From Azolla caroliniana (Eukaryota > Plantae > Polypodiophyta): a DNA stretch of 64,000 nt. A program made the position numbers and the translations under genes. Location: positions 1-64,000 of the forward strand of contig JBHGNT010000028.1 of assembly GCA_043228905.1 (NCBI GenBank), read 5' to 3'. The stretch's first letter is position 1. Each line of letters starts with the position of its first letter. The notes beneath the pieces are model-generated. The model did not search any database, had not been told where the DNA came from, and was given only the letters and a program-made list of their open reading frames with translations. This document shows, in pieces, positions 12,401-26,700 of this stretch.

Positions 12401-15400
12401 CAACTCACTCCTCAAATTTGCTAATTTCGTCATGTCTCTCGACATGAGTTTCAAAATCTTGATTTTTTAATTCCATATCATAGCTAGCGTTGTTAGCTTC
12501 GATTCGCATGTTTGAACACAAAAATCCGATATCACACTCGCCAGATATGAACATTTTAATTTACCTAGCAGCTCTTCCCAACTCACTCCTCAAATTTGCT
12601 AATTTCCTCATGTCTCTCGACCTGAGTTTCAAAATCTTGATTTTTTAATTCCATATCGTAGCTAGCGTTGTTAGCTTCGATTCACATGTTTGAACACAGA
12701 AATCCGATATCACACGAGCCAGGTATGATCATTTTAATTTACTCAAGGGCTCTTCTCAACTCCCTCGTCAAGGTTGCTAATTTCTTCATGTCTCTCGACC
12801 TGAGTTTCAAAATCTTGATTTTTTAATTCCATATCCTAGCTAGCGTTGTTAGCTTCGATTCGCATGTTTGAACACAAAAAACCGATATCACACGCACCAG
12901 ATATGAACATTTTAATTTACCTACTAGCTCTTCCCAACTCACTCCTCAAATTTGGGAATTTCGTCATATCTCTCGACCTGAGTTTCAAAATCTTGATTTT
13001 TTAATTCGAGATCATAGCTAGCGTTGTTAGCTTCGATTCGCATGTTTGAACACAAAAATCCGATATCACACTCGCCAGTTATGAACATTTTAATTTACTT
13101 ACTAGCTCTTCCCAACTCACTCCTCAAATTTGCTAATTTCCTCATGTCTCTCGACCTGAGTTTCAAAATCTTGATTTTTTAATTCCATATCCTAGCTAGC
13201 GTTGTTAGCTTCGATTCGCATGTTTGAACACAAAAATCCGATATCCCACTCGCCAGATATGAACATTTTAATTTACCTACTAGCTCTTCCCAACTCACTC
13301 CTCAAATTTGCTAATTTCCTCATGTCTCTCGACCTGAGTTTCAAAATCTTGATTTTCTAATTCCATATCATAGCTAGCGTTGTTAGCTTCGATTCGCATG
13401 TTTGAACACAAAAATCTGATATCACACTCGCCAGTTATGAACATTTTAATTTACCTAGTAGCTCTTCCCAACTCCCTCCTAATGTTGCTAATTTCGTCAT
13501 GTCTCTCGACGTGAGTTTCAAAATCTTGATTTTTTAATTCCATATCATATCTAGCGTTGTTAGCTTCGATTCGCATATTTGAACACAAAAATCCGATATC
13601 ACACTCGCCAGATATGAACATTTTAATTTACCTAGCAGCTCTTCCCAACTCACTCCTCATGTTGCTAATTTTGTCATTTCTCTCGACCTGAGTTTCAAAA
13701 TCTTGATTTTTTAATTCCATATCCTAGCTAGCGTTGTTAGCTTCGATTCGCATGTTTCAACACAAAAATCCGATATCACACTCGCCAGTTATGAACATTT
13801 TAATTTACCTACTAGCTCTTCCCAACTCACTCCTCAAATTTGCTAATTTCCTCATGTCTCTCGACCTGAGTTTCAAAATCTTGATTTTTTAATTCCATAT
13901 CATATCTAGCGTTGTTAGCTTCGATTCGCATATTTGAACACAAAAATCCGATATCACACTCGCCAGATATGAACATTTTAACTTACCTAGCAGCTCTTCC
14001 CAACTCACTCCTCATGTTGCTAATTTTGTCATTTCTCTCGACCTGAGTTTCAAAATCTTGATTTTTTAATTCCATATCATATCTAGCGTTGTTAGCTTCG
14101 ATTCGCATATTTGAAAACAAAAATCCGATATCACACTCGCCAGATATGAACATTTTAAGTTACCTAGCAGCTCTTCCCAACTCACTCCTCAAATTTGCTA
14201 ATTTCGTCATGTCTCTCGACATGAGTTTCAAAATCTTGATTTTTTAATTCCATATCATAGCTAGCGTTGTTAGCTTCGATTCGCATGTTTGAACACAAAA
14301 ATCCGATATCACACTCGCCAGTTATGAACATTTTAATTTACCTAGTAGCTCTTCCCAACTCCCTCCTAATGTTGCTAATTTCGTCATGTCTCTCGACCTG
14401 AGTTTCAAAATCTTGATTTTTTAATTCGAGATCATAGCTAGCGTTGTTAGCTTCGATTCGCATGTTTGAACACAGAAATCCGATATCACACTCGCCAGAT
14501 ATGAACATTTTAATTTACCTAGCAGCTCTTCCCAACTCACTCCTCAAATTTGCTAATTTCGTCTTGTCTCTCGACATGAGTTTCAAAATCTTGATTTTTT
14601 AATTCCATATCATAGCTCGCGTTGTTAGTTTCGATTCGCATGTTTGAACACAAAAATCCGATATAACACTCGCCAGATATAAACATTTTAATTTACCTAG
14701 CAGCTCTTCCCAACTCACTCCTCAAATTTGCTAATTTCGTCATGTCTCTCGACATGAGTTTCAAAATGTTGATTTTTTAATTCCATAGCATAGCTAGCGT
14801 TGTTAGCTTCGATTCGCATGTTTGAACACAAAAAACCGATATCACACTCGCCAGATATGAACATTTTAATTTACCTACTAGCTCTTCCCAACTCACTCCT
14901 CAAATTTGCTAATTTCCTCATGTCTCTCGACCTGAGTTTCAAAATCTTGATTTTTTAATTCCATATCATATCTAGCGTTGTTAGCTTCGATTCGCATATT
15001 TAAACACAAAAATCCGATATCACACTCGCCAGATATGAACATTTTAACTTACCTAGCAGCTCTTCCCAACTCACTCCTCATGTTGCTAATTTTGTCATTT
15101 CTCTCGACCTGAGTTTCAAAATCTTGATTTTTTAATTCCATATCATATCTAGCGTTGTTAGCTTCGATTCGCATATTTGAACACAAAAATCCGATATCAC
15201 ACTCGCCAGATATGAACATTTTAAGTTACCTAGCAGCTCTTCCCAACTCACTCCTCAAATTTGCTAATTTCGTCATGTCTCTCGACATGAGTTTCAAAAT
15301 CTTGATTTTTTAATTCCATATCATAGCTAGCGTTGTTAGCTTCGATTCGCATGTTTGAACACAAAAATCCGATATCACACTCGCCAGATATGAACATTTT

Positions 15401-18400
15401 AATTTACCTAGTAGCTCTTCCCAACTCCCTCCTAATGTTGCTAATTTCGTCATGTCTCTCGACGTGAGTTTCAAAATCTTGATTTTTTAATTCCATATCA
15501 TATCTAGCGTTGTTAGCTTCGATTCGCATATTTGAACACAAAAATCCGATATCACACTCGCCAGATATGAACATTTTAATTTACCTAGCAGCTCTTCCCA
15601 ACTCACTCCTCAAATTTGCTAATTTCGTCATGTCTCTCGACCTGAGTTTCAAAATCTTGATTTTTTAATTCCATATCATATCTAGCGTTGTTAGGTTCGA
15701 TTCGCATGTTTGAACACAAAAATCCGATATCACACTCGCCAGTTATGAACATTTTAATTTACCTAGTAGCTCTTCCCAACTCCCTCCTCAAATTTGGGAA
15801 TTTCGTCATGTCTCTCGACCTGAGTTTGAAAATCTTGATTTTTTAATTCCATATCGTAACTAGCGTTGTTAGCTTCGATTTACATGTTTGAACACAAAAA
15901 TCCGATATCACACGAGCCAGGTATGAACATTTTAATTTACCTAGTAGCTCTTCCCAACTCACTCCTCAAATTTGGTAATTTCGTCATATCTCTCGACCTG
16001 AGTTTCAAAATCTTGATTTTTTAATTCCATATCGTAGCTAGCGTTGTTAGCTTCGATTCACATGTTTGAACACAAAAATCCGATATCACACGAGCCAGGT
16101 ATGATCATTTTAATTTACTCAAGGGCTCTTCTCAACTCCCTCGTCAAGGTTGCTAATTTCCTCATGTCTCTCGACCTGAGTTTCAAAATCTTGATTTTTT
16201 AATTCCATATCATAGCTAGCGTTGTTAGCTTCGATTCGCATGTTTGAACACAAAAAACCGATATCACACTCACCAGATATGAACATTTTAATTTACCTAC
16301 TAGCTCTTCCCAACTCACTCCTCAAATTTGGGAATTTCGTCATATCTCTCGACCTGAGTTTCAAAATCTTGATTTTTTAATTCGAGATCATAGCTAGCGT
16401 TGTTAGCTTCGATTCGCATATTTGAACACAAAAATCCGATATCACACTCGCCAGATATGAACATTTTAATTTACCTACTAGCTCTTCCCAACTCACTCCT
16501 CAAATTTGCTAATTTCGTCATGTCTCTCGACATGAGTTTCAAAATCTTGATTTTTTAATTCCATATCATAGCTAGCGTTGTTAGCTTCGATTCGCATGTT
16601 TGAACACAAAAATCCGATATCACACTCGCCAGATATGAACATTTTAATTTACCTAGCAGCTCTTCCCAACTCACTCCTCAAATTTGCTAATTTCGTCATG
16701 TCTCTCGACCTGAGTTTCAAAATCTTGATTTTTTAATTCCATATCCTAGCTAGCGTTGTTAGCTTCGATTCGCATGTTTGAACACAAAAATCCGATATCC
16801 CACTCGCCAGATATGAACATTTTAATTTACCTACTAGCTCTTCCCAACTCACTCCTCAAATTTGCTAATTTCCTCATGTCTCTCGACCTGAGTTTCAAAA
16901 TCTTGATTTTTTAATTCGAGATCATAGCTAGCGTTGTTAGCTTCGATTCGCATGTTTGAACACAAAAATCCGATATCACACTCGCCAGATATGAACATTT
17001 TAATTTACCTAGCAGCTCTTCCCAACTCACTCCTCAAATTTGCTAATTTCGTCATGTCTCTCGACCTGAGTTTCAAAATCTTGATTTTTTAATTCCATAT
17101 CATAGCTAGCGTTGTTAGCTTCGATTCGCATGTTTGAACAAAAAAATCCGATATCACACTCGCCAGTTATGAACATTTTAATTTACCTAGTAGCTCTTCC
17201 CAACTCCCTCCTAATGTTGCTAATTTCGTCATGTCTCTCGACGTGAGTTTCAAAATCTTGATTTTTTAATTCCATATCATATCTAGCGTTGTTAGCTTCG
17301 ATTCGCATATTTGAACACAAAAATCCGATATCACACTCGCCAGATATGAACATTTTAATTTACCTAGCAGCTCTTCCCAACTCACTCCTCAAATTTGCTA
17401 ATTTCGTCATGTCTCTCGACATGAGTTTCAAAATGTTAATTTTTTAATTCCATAGCATAGCTAGCGTTGTTAGCTTCGATTCGCATGTTTGAACACAAAA
17501 ATCCGATATTACACTCGCCAGATATGAACATTTTAATTTACCTAGCAGCTCTTCCCAACTCACTCCTCAAATTTGCTAATTTCGTCATGTCTCTCGACCT
17601 GAGTTTCAAAATCTTGATTTTTTAATTCCATATCCTAGCTAGCGTTGTTAGCTTCGATTCGCATGTTTGAAGACAAAAATCCGATATCCCACTCGCCAGA
17701 TATGAACATTTTAATTTACCTACTAGCTCTTCCCAACTCACTCCTCAAATTTGCTAATTTCCTCATGTCTCTCGACATGAGTTTCAAAATCTTGATTTTT
17801 TAATTCCATATCCTAGCTAGCGTTGTTAGCTTCGATTCGCATGTTTGAACACAAAAATCCGATATCCCACTCGCCAGATATGAACATTTTAATTTACCTA
17901 CTAGCTCTTCCCAACTCACTCCTCAAATTTGCTAATTTCGTCATGTCTCTCGACATGAGTTTCAAAATCTTGATTTTTTAATTCCATATCATAGCTAGCG
18001 TTGTTAGCTTCGATTCGCATGTTTGAACACAAAAATCCGATATCACACTCGCCAGTTATGAACATTTTAATTTACCTAGTAGCTCTTCCCAACTCCCTCC
18101 TAATGTTGCTAATTTCGTCATGTCTCTCGACCTGAGTTTCAAAATCTTGATTTTTTAATTGCATATCATAGCTAGCGTTGTTAGCTTCGATTCGCATGTT
18201 TGAACACAAAAATCCGATATCACACTCGCCAGTTATGAACATTTTAATTTACCTAGTAGCTCTTCCCAACTCCCTCCTAATGTTGCTAATTTCGTCATGT
18301 CTCTTGACCTGAGTTTCAAAATCTTGATTTTTTAATTCGAGATCATAGCTAGCGTTGTTAGCTTCGATTCGCATGTTTGAACACAGAAATCCGATATCAC

Positions 18401-21400
18401 ACTCGCCAGATATGAACATTTTAATTTACCTAGCAGCTCTTCCCAACTCACTCCTCAAATTTGCTAATTTCGTCATGTCTCTCGACCTGAGTTTCAAAAT
18501 CTTGATTTTTTAATTCCATATCCTAGCTAGCGTTGTTAGCTTCGATTCGCATGTTTGAACACAAAAATCCGATATCCCACTCGCCAGATATGAACATTTT
18601 AATTTACCTACTAGCTCTTCCCAACTCACTCCTCAAATTTGCTAATTTCCTCATGTCTCTCGACCTGAGTTTCAAAATCTTGATTTTTTAATTCCATATC
18701 ATAGCTAGCGTTGTTAGCTTCGATTCGCATGTTTGAACACAAAAATCCGATATCCCACTCGCCAGATATGAACATTTTAATTTACCTACTAGCTCTTCCC
18801 AACTCACTCCTCAAATTTGCTAATTTCGTCATGTCTCTCGACATGAGTTTCAAAATCTTGATTTTTTAATTCCATATCATAGCTAGCGTTGTTAGCTTCG
18901 ATTCGCATGTTTGAACACAAAAATCCGATATCACACTCGCCAGTTATGAACATTTTAATTTACCTAGTAGCTCTTCTCAACTCCCTCCTAATGTTGCTAA
19001 TTTCGTCATGTCTCTCGACCTGAGTTTCAAAATCTTGATTTTTTAATTGCATATCATAGCTAGCGTTGTTAGCTTCGATTCGCATGTTTGAACACAAAAA
19101 TCCGATATCACACTCGCCAGTTATGAACATTTTAATTTACCTAGTAGCTCTTCCCAACTCCCTCCTAATGTTGCTAATTTCGTCATGTCTCTCGACATGA
19201 GTTTCAAAATGTTGATTTTTTAATTCCATAGCATAGCTAGCGTTGTTAGCTTCGATTCGCATGTTTGAACACAAAAAACCGATATCACACTCGCCAGATA
19301 TGAACATTTTAATTTACCTACTAGCTCTTCCCAACTCACTCCTCAAATTTGCTAATTTCCTCATGTCTCTCGACCTGAGTTTCAAAATCTTGATTTTTTA
19401 ACTCCATATCATATCTAGCGTTGTTAGCTTCGATTCGCATATTTGAACACAAAAATCCGATATCACACTCGCCAGATATGAACATTTTAACTTACCTAGC
19501 AGCTCTTCCCAACTCACTCCTCATGTTGCTAATTTCCTCATGTCTCTCGACCTGAGTTTCAAAATCTTGATTTTTTAATTCCATATCATAGCTAGCGTTG
19601 TTAGCTTCGATTCGCATGTTTGAACACAAAAATCCGATATCACACTCGCCAGTTATGAACATTTTAATTTACCTAGTAGCTCTTCCCAACTCCCTCCTAA
19701 TGTTGCTAATTTCGTCATGTCTCTCGACGTGAGTTTCAAAATCTTGATTTTTTAATTCCATATCATATCTAGCGTTGTTAGCTTCGATTCGCATATTTGA
19801 ACACAAAAATCCGATATCACACTCGCCAGATATGAACATTTTAATTTACCTAGCAGCTCTTCCCAACTCACTCCTCAAATTTGCTAATTTCGTCATGTCT
19901 CTCGACATGAGTTTCAAAATGTTAATTTTTTAATTCCATAGCATAGCTAGCGTTGTTAGCTTCGATACGCATGTTTGAACACAAAAATCCGATATCACAC
20001 TCGCCAGTTATGAACATTTTAATTTACCTAGTAGCTCTTCCAAACTCCCTCCTAATGTTGCTAATTTCGTCATGTCTCTCGACCTGAGTTTCAAAATCTT
20101 GATTTTTTAATTCGAGATCATAGCTAGCGTTGTTAGCTTCGATTCGCATGTTTGAACACAGAAATCCGATATCACACTCGCCAGATATGAACATTTTAAT
20201 TTACCTACTAGCTCTTCCCAACTCACTCCTCAAATTTGCTAATTTCCTCATGTCTCTCGACCTGAGTTTCAAAACCTTGATTTTTTAATTCCATGTCATA
20301 GCTAGCGTTGTTAGCTTCGATTCGCATGTTTGAACACAAAAATCCGATATCACACTCGCCAGATATGAACATTTTAATTTACCTAGCAGCTCTTCCCAAC
20401 TCACTCCTCAAATTTGCTAATTTCGTCATGTCTCTCGACATGAGTTTCAAAATGTTAATTTTTTAATTCCATAGCATAGCTAGCGTTGTTAGCTTCGATT
20501 CGCATGTTTGAACACAAAAATCCGATATCACACTCGCCAGATATGAACATTTTAATTTACCTAGCAGCTCTTCCCAACTCACTCCTCAAATTTGCTAATT
20601 TCGTCATGTCTCTCGACCTGAGTTTCAAAATCTTGATTTTTTAATTCCATATCCTAGCTAGCGTTGTTAGCTTCGATTCGCATGTTTGAACACAAAAATC
20701 CGATATCCCACTCGCCAGATATGAACATTTTAATTTACCTACTAGCTCTTCCCAACTCACTCCTCAAATTTGCTAATTTCCTCATGTCTCTCGACCTGAG
20801 TTTCAAAATCTTGATTTTTTAATTCGAGATCATAGCTAGCGTTGTTAGCTTCGATTCGCATGTTTGAACACAAAAATCCGATATCACACTCGCCAGATAT
20901 GAACATTTTAATTTACCTAGCAGCTCTTCCCAACTCACTCCTCAAATTTGCTAATTTCGTCATGTCTCTCGACCTGAGTTTCAAAATCTTGATTTTTTAA
21001 TTCCATATCCTAGCTAGCGTTGTTAGCTTCGATTCGCATGTTTGAACACAAAAATCCGATATCCCACTCGCCAGATATGAACATTTTAATTTACCTACTA
21101 GCTCTTCCCAACTCACTCCTCAAATTTGCTAATTTCCTCATGTCTCTCGACCTGAGTTTCAAAATCTTGATTTTTTAATTCCATATCCTAGCTAGCGTTG
21201 TTAGCTTCGATTCGCATGTTTGAACACAAAAATCCGATATCCCACTCGCCAGATATGAACATTTTAATTTACCTACTAGCTCTTCCCAACTCACTCCTCA
21301 AATTTGCTAATTTCGTCATGTCTCTCGACATGAGTTTCAAAATCTTGATTTTTTAATTCCATATCATAGCTAGCGTTGTTAGCTTCGATTCGCATGTTTG

Positions 21401-23744
21401 AACACAAAAATCCGATATCCCACTCGCCAGATATGAACATTTTAATTTACCTACTAGCTCTTCCCAACTCACTCCTCAAATTTGCTAATTTCGTCATGTC
21501 TCTCGACCTGAGTTTCAAAATCTTGATTTTTTAATTCCATATCCTAGCTAGCGTTGTTAGCTTCGATTCGCATGTTTGAACACAAAAATCCGATATCCCA
21601 CTCGCCAGATATGAACATTTTAATTTACCTACTAGCTCTTCCCAACTCACTCCTCAAATTTGCTAATTTCCTCATGTCTCTCGACCTGAGTTTCAAAATC
21701 TTGATTTTTTAATTCCATATCCTAGCTAGCGTTGTTAGCTTCGATTCGCATGTTTGAACACAAAAATCCGATATCCCACTCGCCAGATATGAACATTTTA
21801 ATTTACCTACTAGCTCTTCCCAACTCACTCCTCAAATTTGCTAATTTCCTCATGTCTCTCGACATGAGTTTCAAAATCTTGATTTTTTAATTCCATATCA
21901 TAGCTAGCGTTGTTAGCTTCGATTCGCATGTTTGAACACAAAAATCCGATATCACACTCGCCAGATATGAACATTTTAATTTACCTAGCAGCTCTTCCCA
22001 ACTCACTCCTCAAATTTGCTAATTTCCTCATGTCTCTCGACCTGAGTTTCAAAATCTTGATTTTTTAATTGCATAGCATAGCTAGCGTTGTTAGCTTCGA
22101 TTCGCATGTTTGAACACAAAAATCCGATATCACACTCGCCAGATATGAACATTTTAATTTACCTAGCAGCTCTTCCCAACTCACTCCTCAAATTTGCTAA
22201 TTTCGTCATGTCTCTCGACATGAGTTTCAAAATGTTAATTTTTTAATTCCATAGCATAGCTAGCGTTGTTAGCTTCGATTCGCATGTTTGAACACAAAAA
22301 TCCGATATCACACTCGCCAGATATGAACATTTTAATTTACCTAGCAGCTCTTCCCAACTCACTCCTCAAATTTGCTAATTTCGTCATGTCTCTCGACCTG
22401 AGTTTCAAAATCTTATTTTTTAATTCCATATCCTAGCTAGCGTTGTTAGCTTCGATTCGCATGTTTGAACACAAAAATCCGATATCCCACTCGCCAGATA
22501 TGAACATTTTAATTTACCTACTAGCTCTTCCCAACTCACTCCTCAAATTTGCTAATTTCCTCATGTCTCTCGACCTGAGTTTCAAAATCTTGATTTTTTA
22601 ATTCGAGATCATAGCTAGCGTTGTTAGCTTCGATTCGCATGTTTGAACACAAAAATCCGATATCACACTCGCCAGATATGAACATTTTAATTTACCTAGC
22701 AGCTCTTCCCAACTCACTCCTCAAATTTGCTAATTTCGTCATGTCTCTCGACCTGAGTTTCAAAATCTTGATTTTTTAATTCCATATCCTAGCTAGCGTT
22801 GTTAGCTTCGATTCGCATGTTTGAACACAAAAATCCGATATCCCACTCGCCAGATATGAACATTTTAATTTACCTACTAGCTCTTCCCAACTCACTCCTC
22901 AAATTTGCTAATTTCCTCATGTCTCTCGACCTGAGTTTCAAAATCTTGATTTTTTAATTCCATATCCTAGCTAGCGTTGTTAGCTTCGATACGCATGTTT
23001 GAACACAAAAATCCGATATCACACGAGCCAGGTATGAACATTTTAATTTACCTAGTAGCTCTTCCCAACTCCCTCCTAATGTTGCTAATTTCGTCATGTC
23101 TCTCGACCTGAGTTTCAAAATCTTGATTTTTTAATTGCATATCATAGCTAGCGTTGTTAGCTTCGATTCGCATGTTTGAACACAAAAATCCGATATCACA
23201 CTCGCCAGTTATGAACATTTTAATTTACCTACTAGCTCTTCCCAACTCCCTCCTAATGTTGCTAGTTTCGTCATGTCTCTCGACCTGAGTTTCAAAATCT
23301 TGATTTTTTAATTCGAGATCATAGCTAGCGTTGTTAGCTTCGATTCGCATGTTTGAACACAGAAATCCGATATCACACTCGCCAGATATGAACATTTTAA
23401 TTTACCTAGCAGCTCTTCCCAACTCACTCCTCAAATTTGCTAATTTCGTCTTGTCTCTCGACATGAGTTTCAAAATCTTGATTTTTTAATTCCATATCAT
23501 AGCTCGCGTTGTTAGCTTCGATTCGCATGTTTGAACACAAAAATCCGATATAACACTCGCCAGATATAAACATTTTAATTTACCTAGCAGCTCTTCCCAA
23601 CTCACTCCTCAAATTTGCTAATTTCGTCATGTCTCTCGACATGAGTTTCAAAATGTTGATTTTTTAATTCCATAGCATAGCTAGCGTTGTTAGCTTCGAT
23701 TCGCATGTTTGAACACAAAAAACCGATATCACACTCGCCAGATA

Positions 23745-26700
23745 TGAACATTTTAATTTACCTACTAGCTCTTCCCAACTCACTCCTCAAATTTGCTAAT
23801 TTCCTCATGTCTCTCGACCTGAGTTTCAAAATCTTGATTTTTTAATTCCATATCATATATAGCGTTGTTAGCTTCGATTCGCATATTTGAACACAAAAAT
23901 CCGATATCACACTCGCCAGATATGAACATTTTAACTTACCTAGCAGCTCTTCCCAACTCACTCCTCATGTTGCTAATTTTGTCATTTCTCTCGACCTGAG
24001 TTTCAAAATCTTGATTTTTTAATTCCATATCATATCTAGCGTTGTTAGCTTCGATTCGCATATTTGAACACAAAAATCCGATATCACACTCGCCAGATAT
24101 GAACATTTTAAGTTACCTAGCAGCTCTTCCCAACTCACTCCTCAAATTTGCTAATTTCGTCATGTCTCTCGACATGAGTTTCAAAATCTTGATTTTTTAA
24201 TTCCATATCATAGCTAGCGTTGTTAGCTTCGATTCGCATGTTTGAACACAAAAATCCGATATCACACTCGCCAGATATGAACATTTTAATTTACCTAGTA
24301 GCTCTTCCCAACTCCCTCCTAATGTTGCTAATTTCGTCATGTCTCTCGACGTGAGTTTCAAAATCTTGATTTTTTAATTCCATATCATATCTAGCGTTGT
24401 TAGCTTCGATTCGCATATTTGAACACAAAAATCCGATATCACACTCGCCAGATATGAACATTTTAATTTACCTAGCAGCTCTTCCCAACTCACTCCTCAA
24501 ATTTGCTAATTTCGTCATGTCTCTCGACCTGAGTTTCAAAATCTTGATTTTTTAATTCCATATCATATCTAGCGTTGTTAGGTTCGATTCGCATGTTTGA
24601 ACACAAAAATCCGATATCACACTCGCCAGTTATGAACATTTTAATTTACCTAGTAGCTCTTCCCAACTCCCTCCTCAAATTTGGGAATTTCGTCATGTCT
24701 CTCGACCTGAGTTTCAAAATCTTGATTTTTTAATTCCATATCGTAACTAGCGTTGTTAGCTTCGATTTACATGTTTGAACACAAAAATCCGATATCACAC
24801 GAGCCAGGTATGAACATTTTAATTTACCTAGTAGCTCTTCCCAACTCACTCCTCAAATTTGGTAATTTCGTCATATCTCTCGACCTGAGTTTCAAAATCT
24901 TGATTTTTTAATTCCATATCGTAGCTAGCGTTGTTAGCTTCGATTCACATGTTTGAACACAAAAATCCGATATCACACGAGCCAGGTATGATCATTTTAA
25001 TTTACTCAAGGGCTCTTCTCAACTCCCTCGTCAAGGTTGCTAATTTCCTCATGTCTCTCGACCTGAGTTTCAAAATCTTGATTTTTTAATTCCATATCAT
25101 AGCTAGCGTTGTTAGCTTCGATTCGCATGTTTGAACACAAAAAACCGATATCACACTCACCAGATATGAACATTTTAATTTACCTACTAGCTCTTCCCAA
25201 CTCACTCCTCAAATTTGGGAATTTCGTCATATCTCTCGACCTGAGTTTCAAAATCTTGATTTTTTAATTGCATATCATAGCTAGCGTTGTTAGCTTCGAT
25301 TCGCATATTTGAACACAAAAATCCGATATCACACTCGCCAGATATGAACATTTTAATTTACCTACTAGCTCTTACCAACTCACTCCTCAAATTTGCTAAT
25401 TTCGTCATGTCTCTCGACATGAGTTTCAAAATCTTGATTTTTTAATTCCATATCATAGCTAGCGTTGTTAGCTTCGATTCGCATGTTTGAACACAAAAAT
25501 CCGATATCACACTCGCCAGATATGAACATTTTAATTTACCTAGCAGCTCTTCCCAACTCACTCCTCAAATTTGCTAATTTCCTCATGTCTCTCGACCTGA
25601 GTTTCAAAATCTTGATTTTTTAATTCCATATCGTAGCTAGCGTTGTTAGCTTCGATTCACATGTTTGAACACAGAAATCCGATATCACACGAGCCAGGTA
25701 TGATCATTTTAATTTACTCAAGGGCTCTTCTCAACTCCCTCGTCAAGGTTGCTAATTTCTTCATGTCTCTCGACCTGAGTTTCAAAATCTTGATTTTTTA
25801 ATTCCATATCCTAGCTAGCGTTGTTAGCTTCGATTCGCATGTTTGAACACAAAAAACCGATATCACACGCACCAGATATGAACATTTTAATTTACCTACT
25901 AGCTCTTCCCAACTCACTCCTCAAATTTGGGAATTTCGTCATATCTCTCGACCTGAGTTTCAAAATCTTGATTTTTTAATTCGAGATCATAGCTAGCGTT
26001 GTTAGCTTCGATTCGCATGTTTGAACACAAAAATCCGATATCACACTCGCCAGATATGAACATTTTAATTTACCTACTAGCTCTTCCCAACTCACTCCTC
26101 AAATTTGCTAATTTCGTCATGTCTCTCGACATGAGTTTCAAAATCTTGATTTTTTAATTCCATATCATAGCTAGCGTTGTTAGCTTCGATTCGCATGTTT
26201 GAACACAAAAATCCGATATCACACTCGCCAGATATGAACATTTTAATTTACCTAGCAGCTCTTCCCAACTCACTCCTCAAATTTGCTAATTTCGTCATGT
26301 CTCTCGACATGAGTTTCAAAATGTTGATTTTTTAATTCCATATCATAGCTAGCGTTGTTAGCTTCGATTCGCATGTTTGAACACAATAATCCGATATCCC
26401 ACTCGCCAGATATGAACATTTTAATTTACCTACTAGCTCTTCCCAACTCACTCCTCAAATTTGCTAATTTCCTCATGTCTCTCGACCTGAGTTTCAAAAT
26501 CTTGATTTTTTAATTGCATAGCATAGCTAGCGTTGTTAGCTTCGATTCGCATGTTTGAAGACAAAAATCCGATATCACACTCGCCAGATATGAACATTTT
26601 AATTTACCTACTAGCTCTTCCCAACTCACTCCTCAAATTTGCTAATTTCGTCATGTCTCTCGACCTGAGTTTCAAAATCTTGATTTTTTAATTCGAGATC

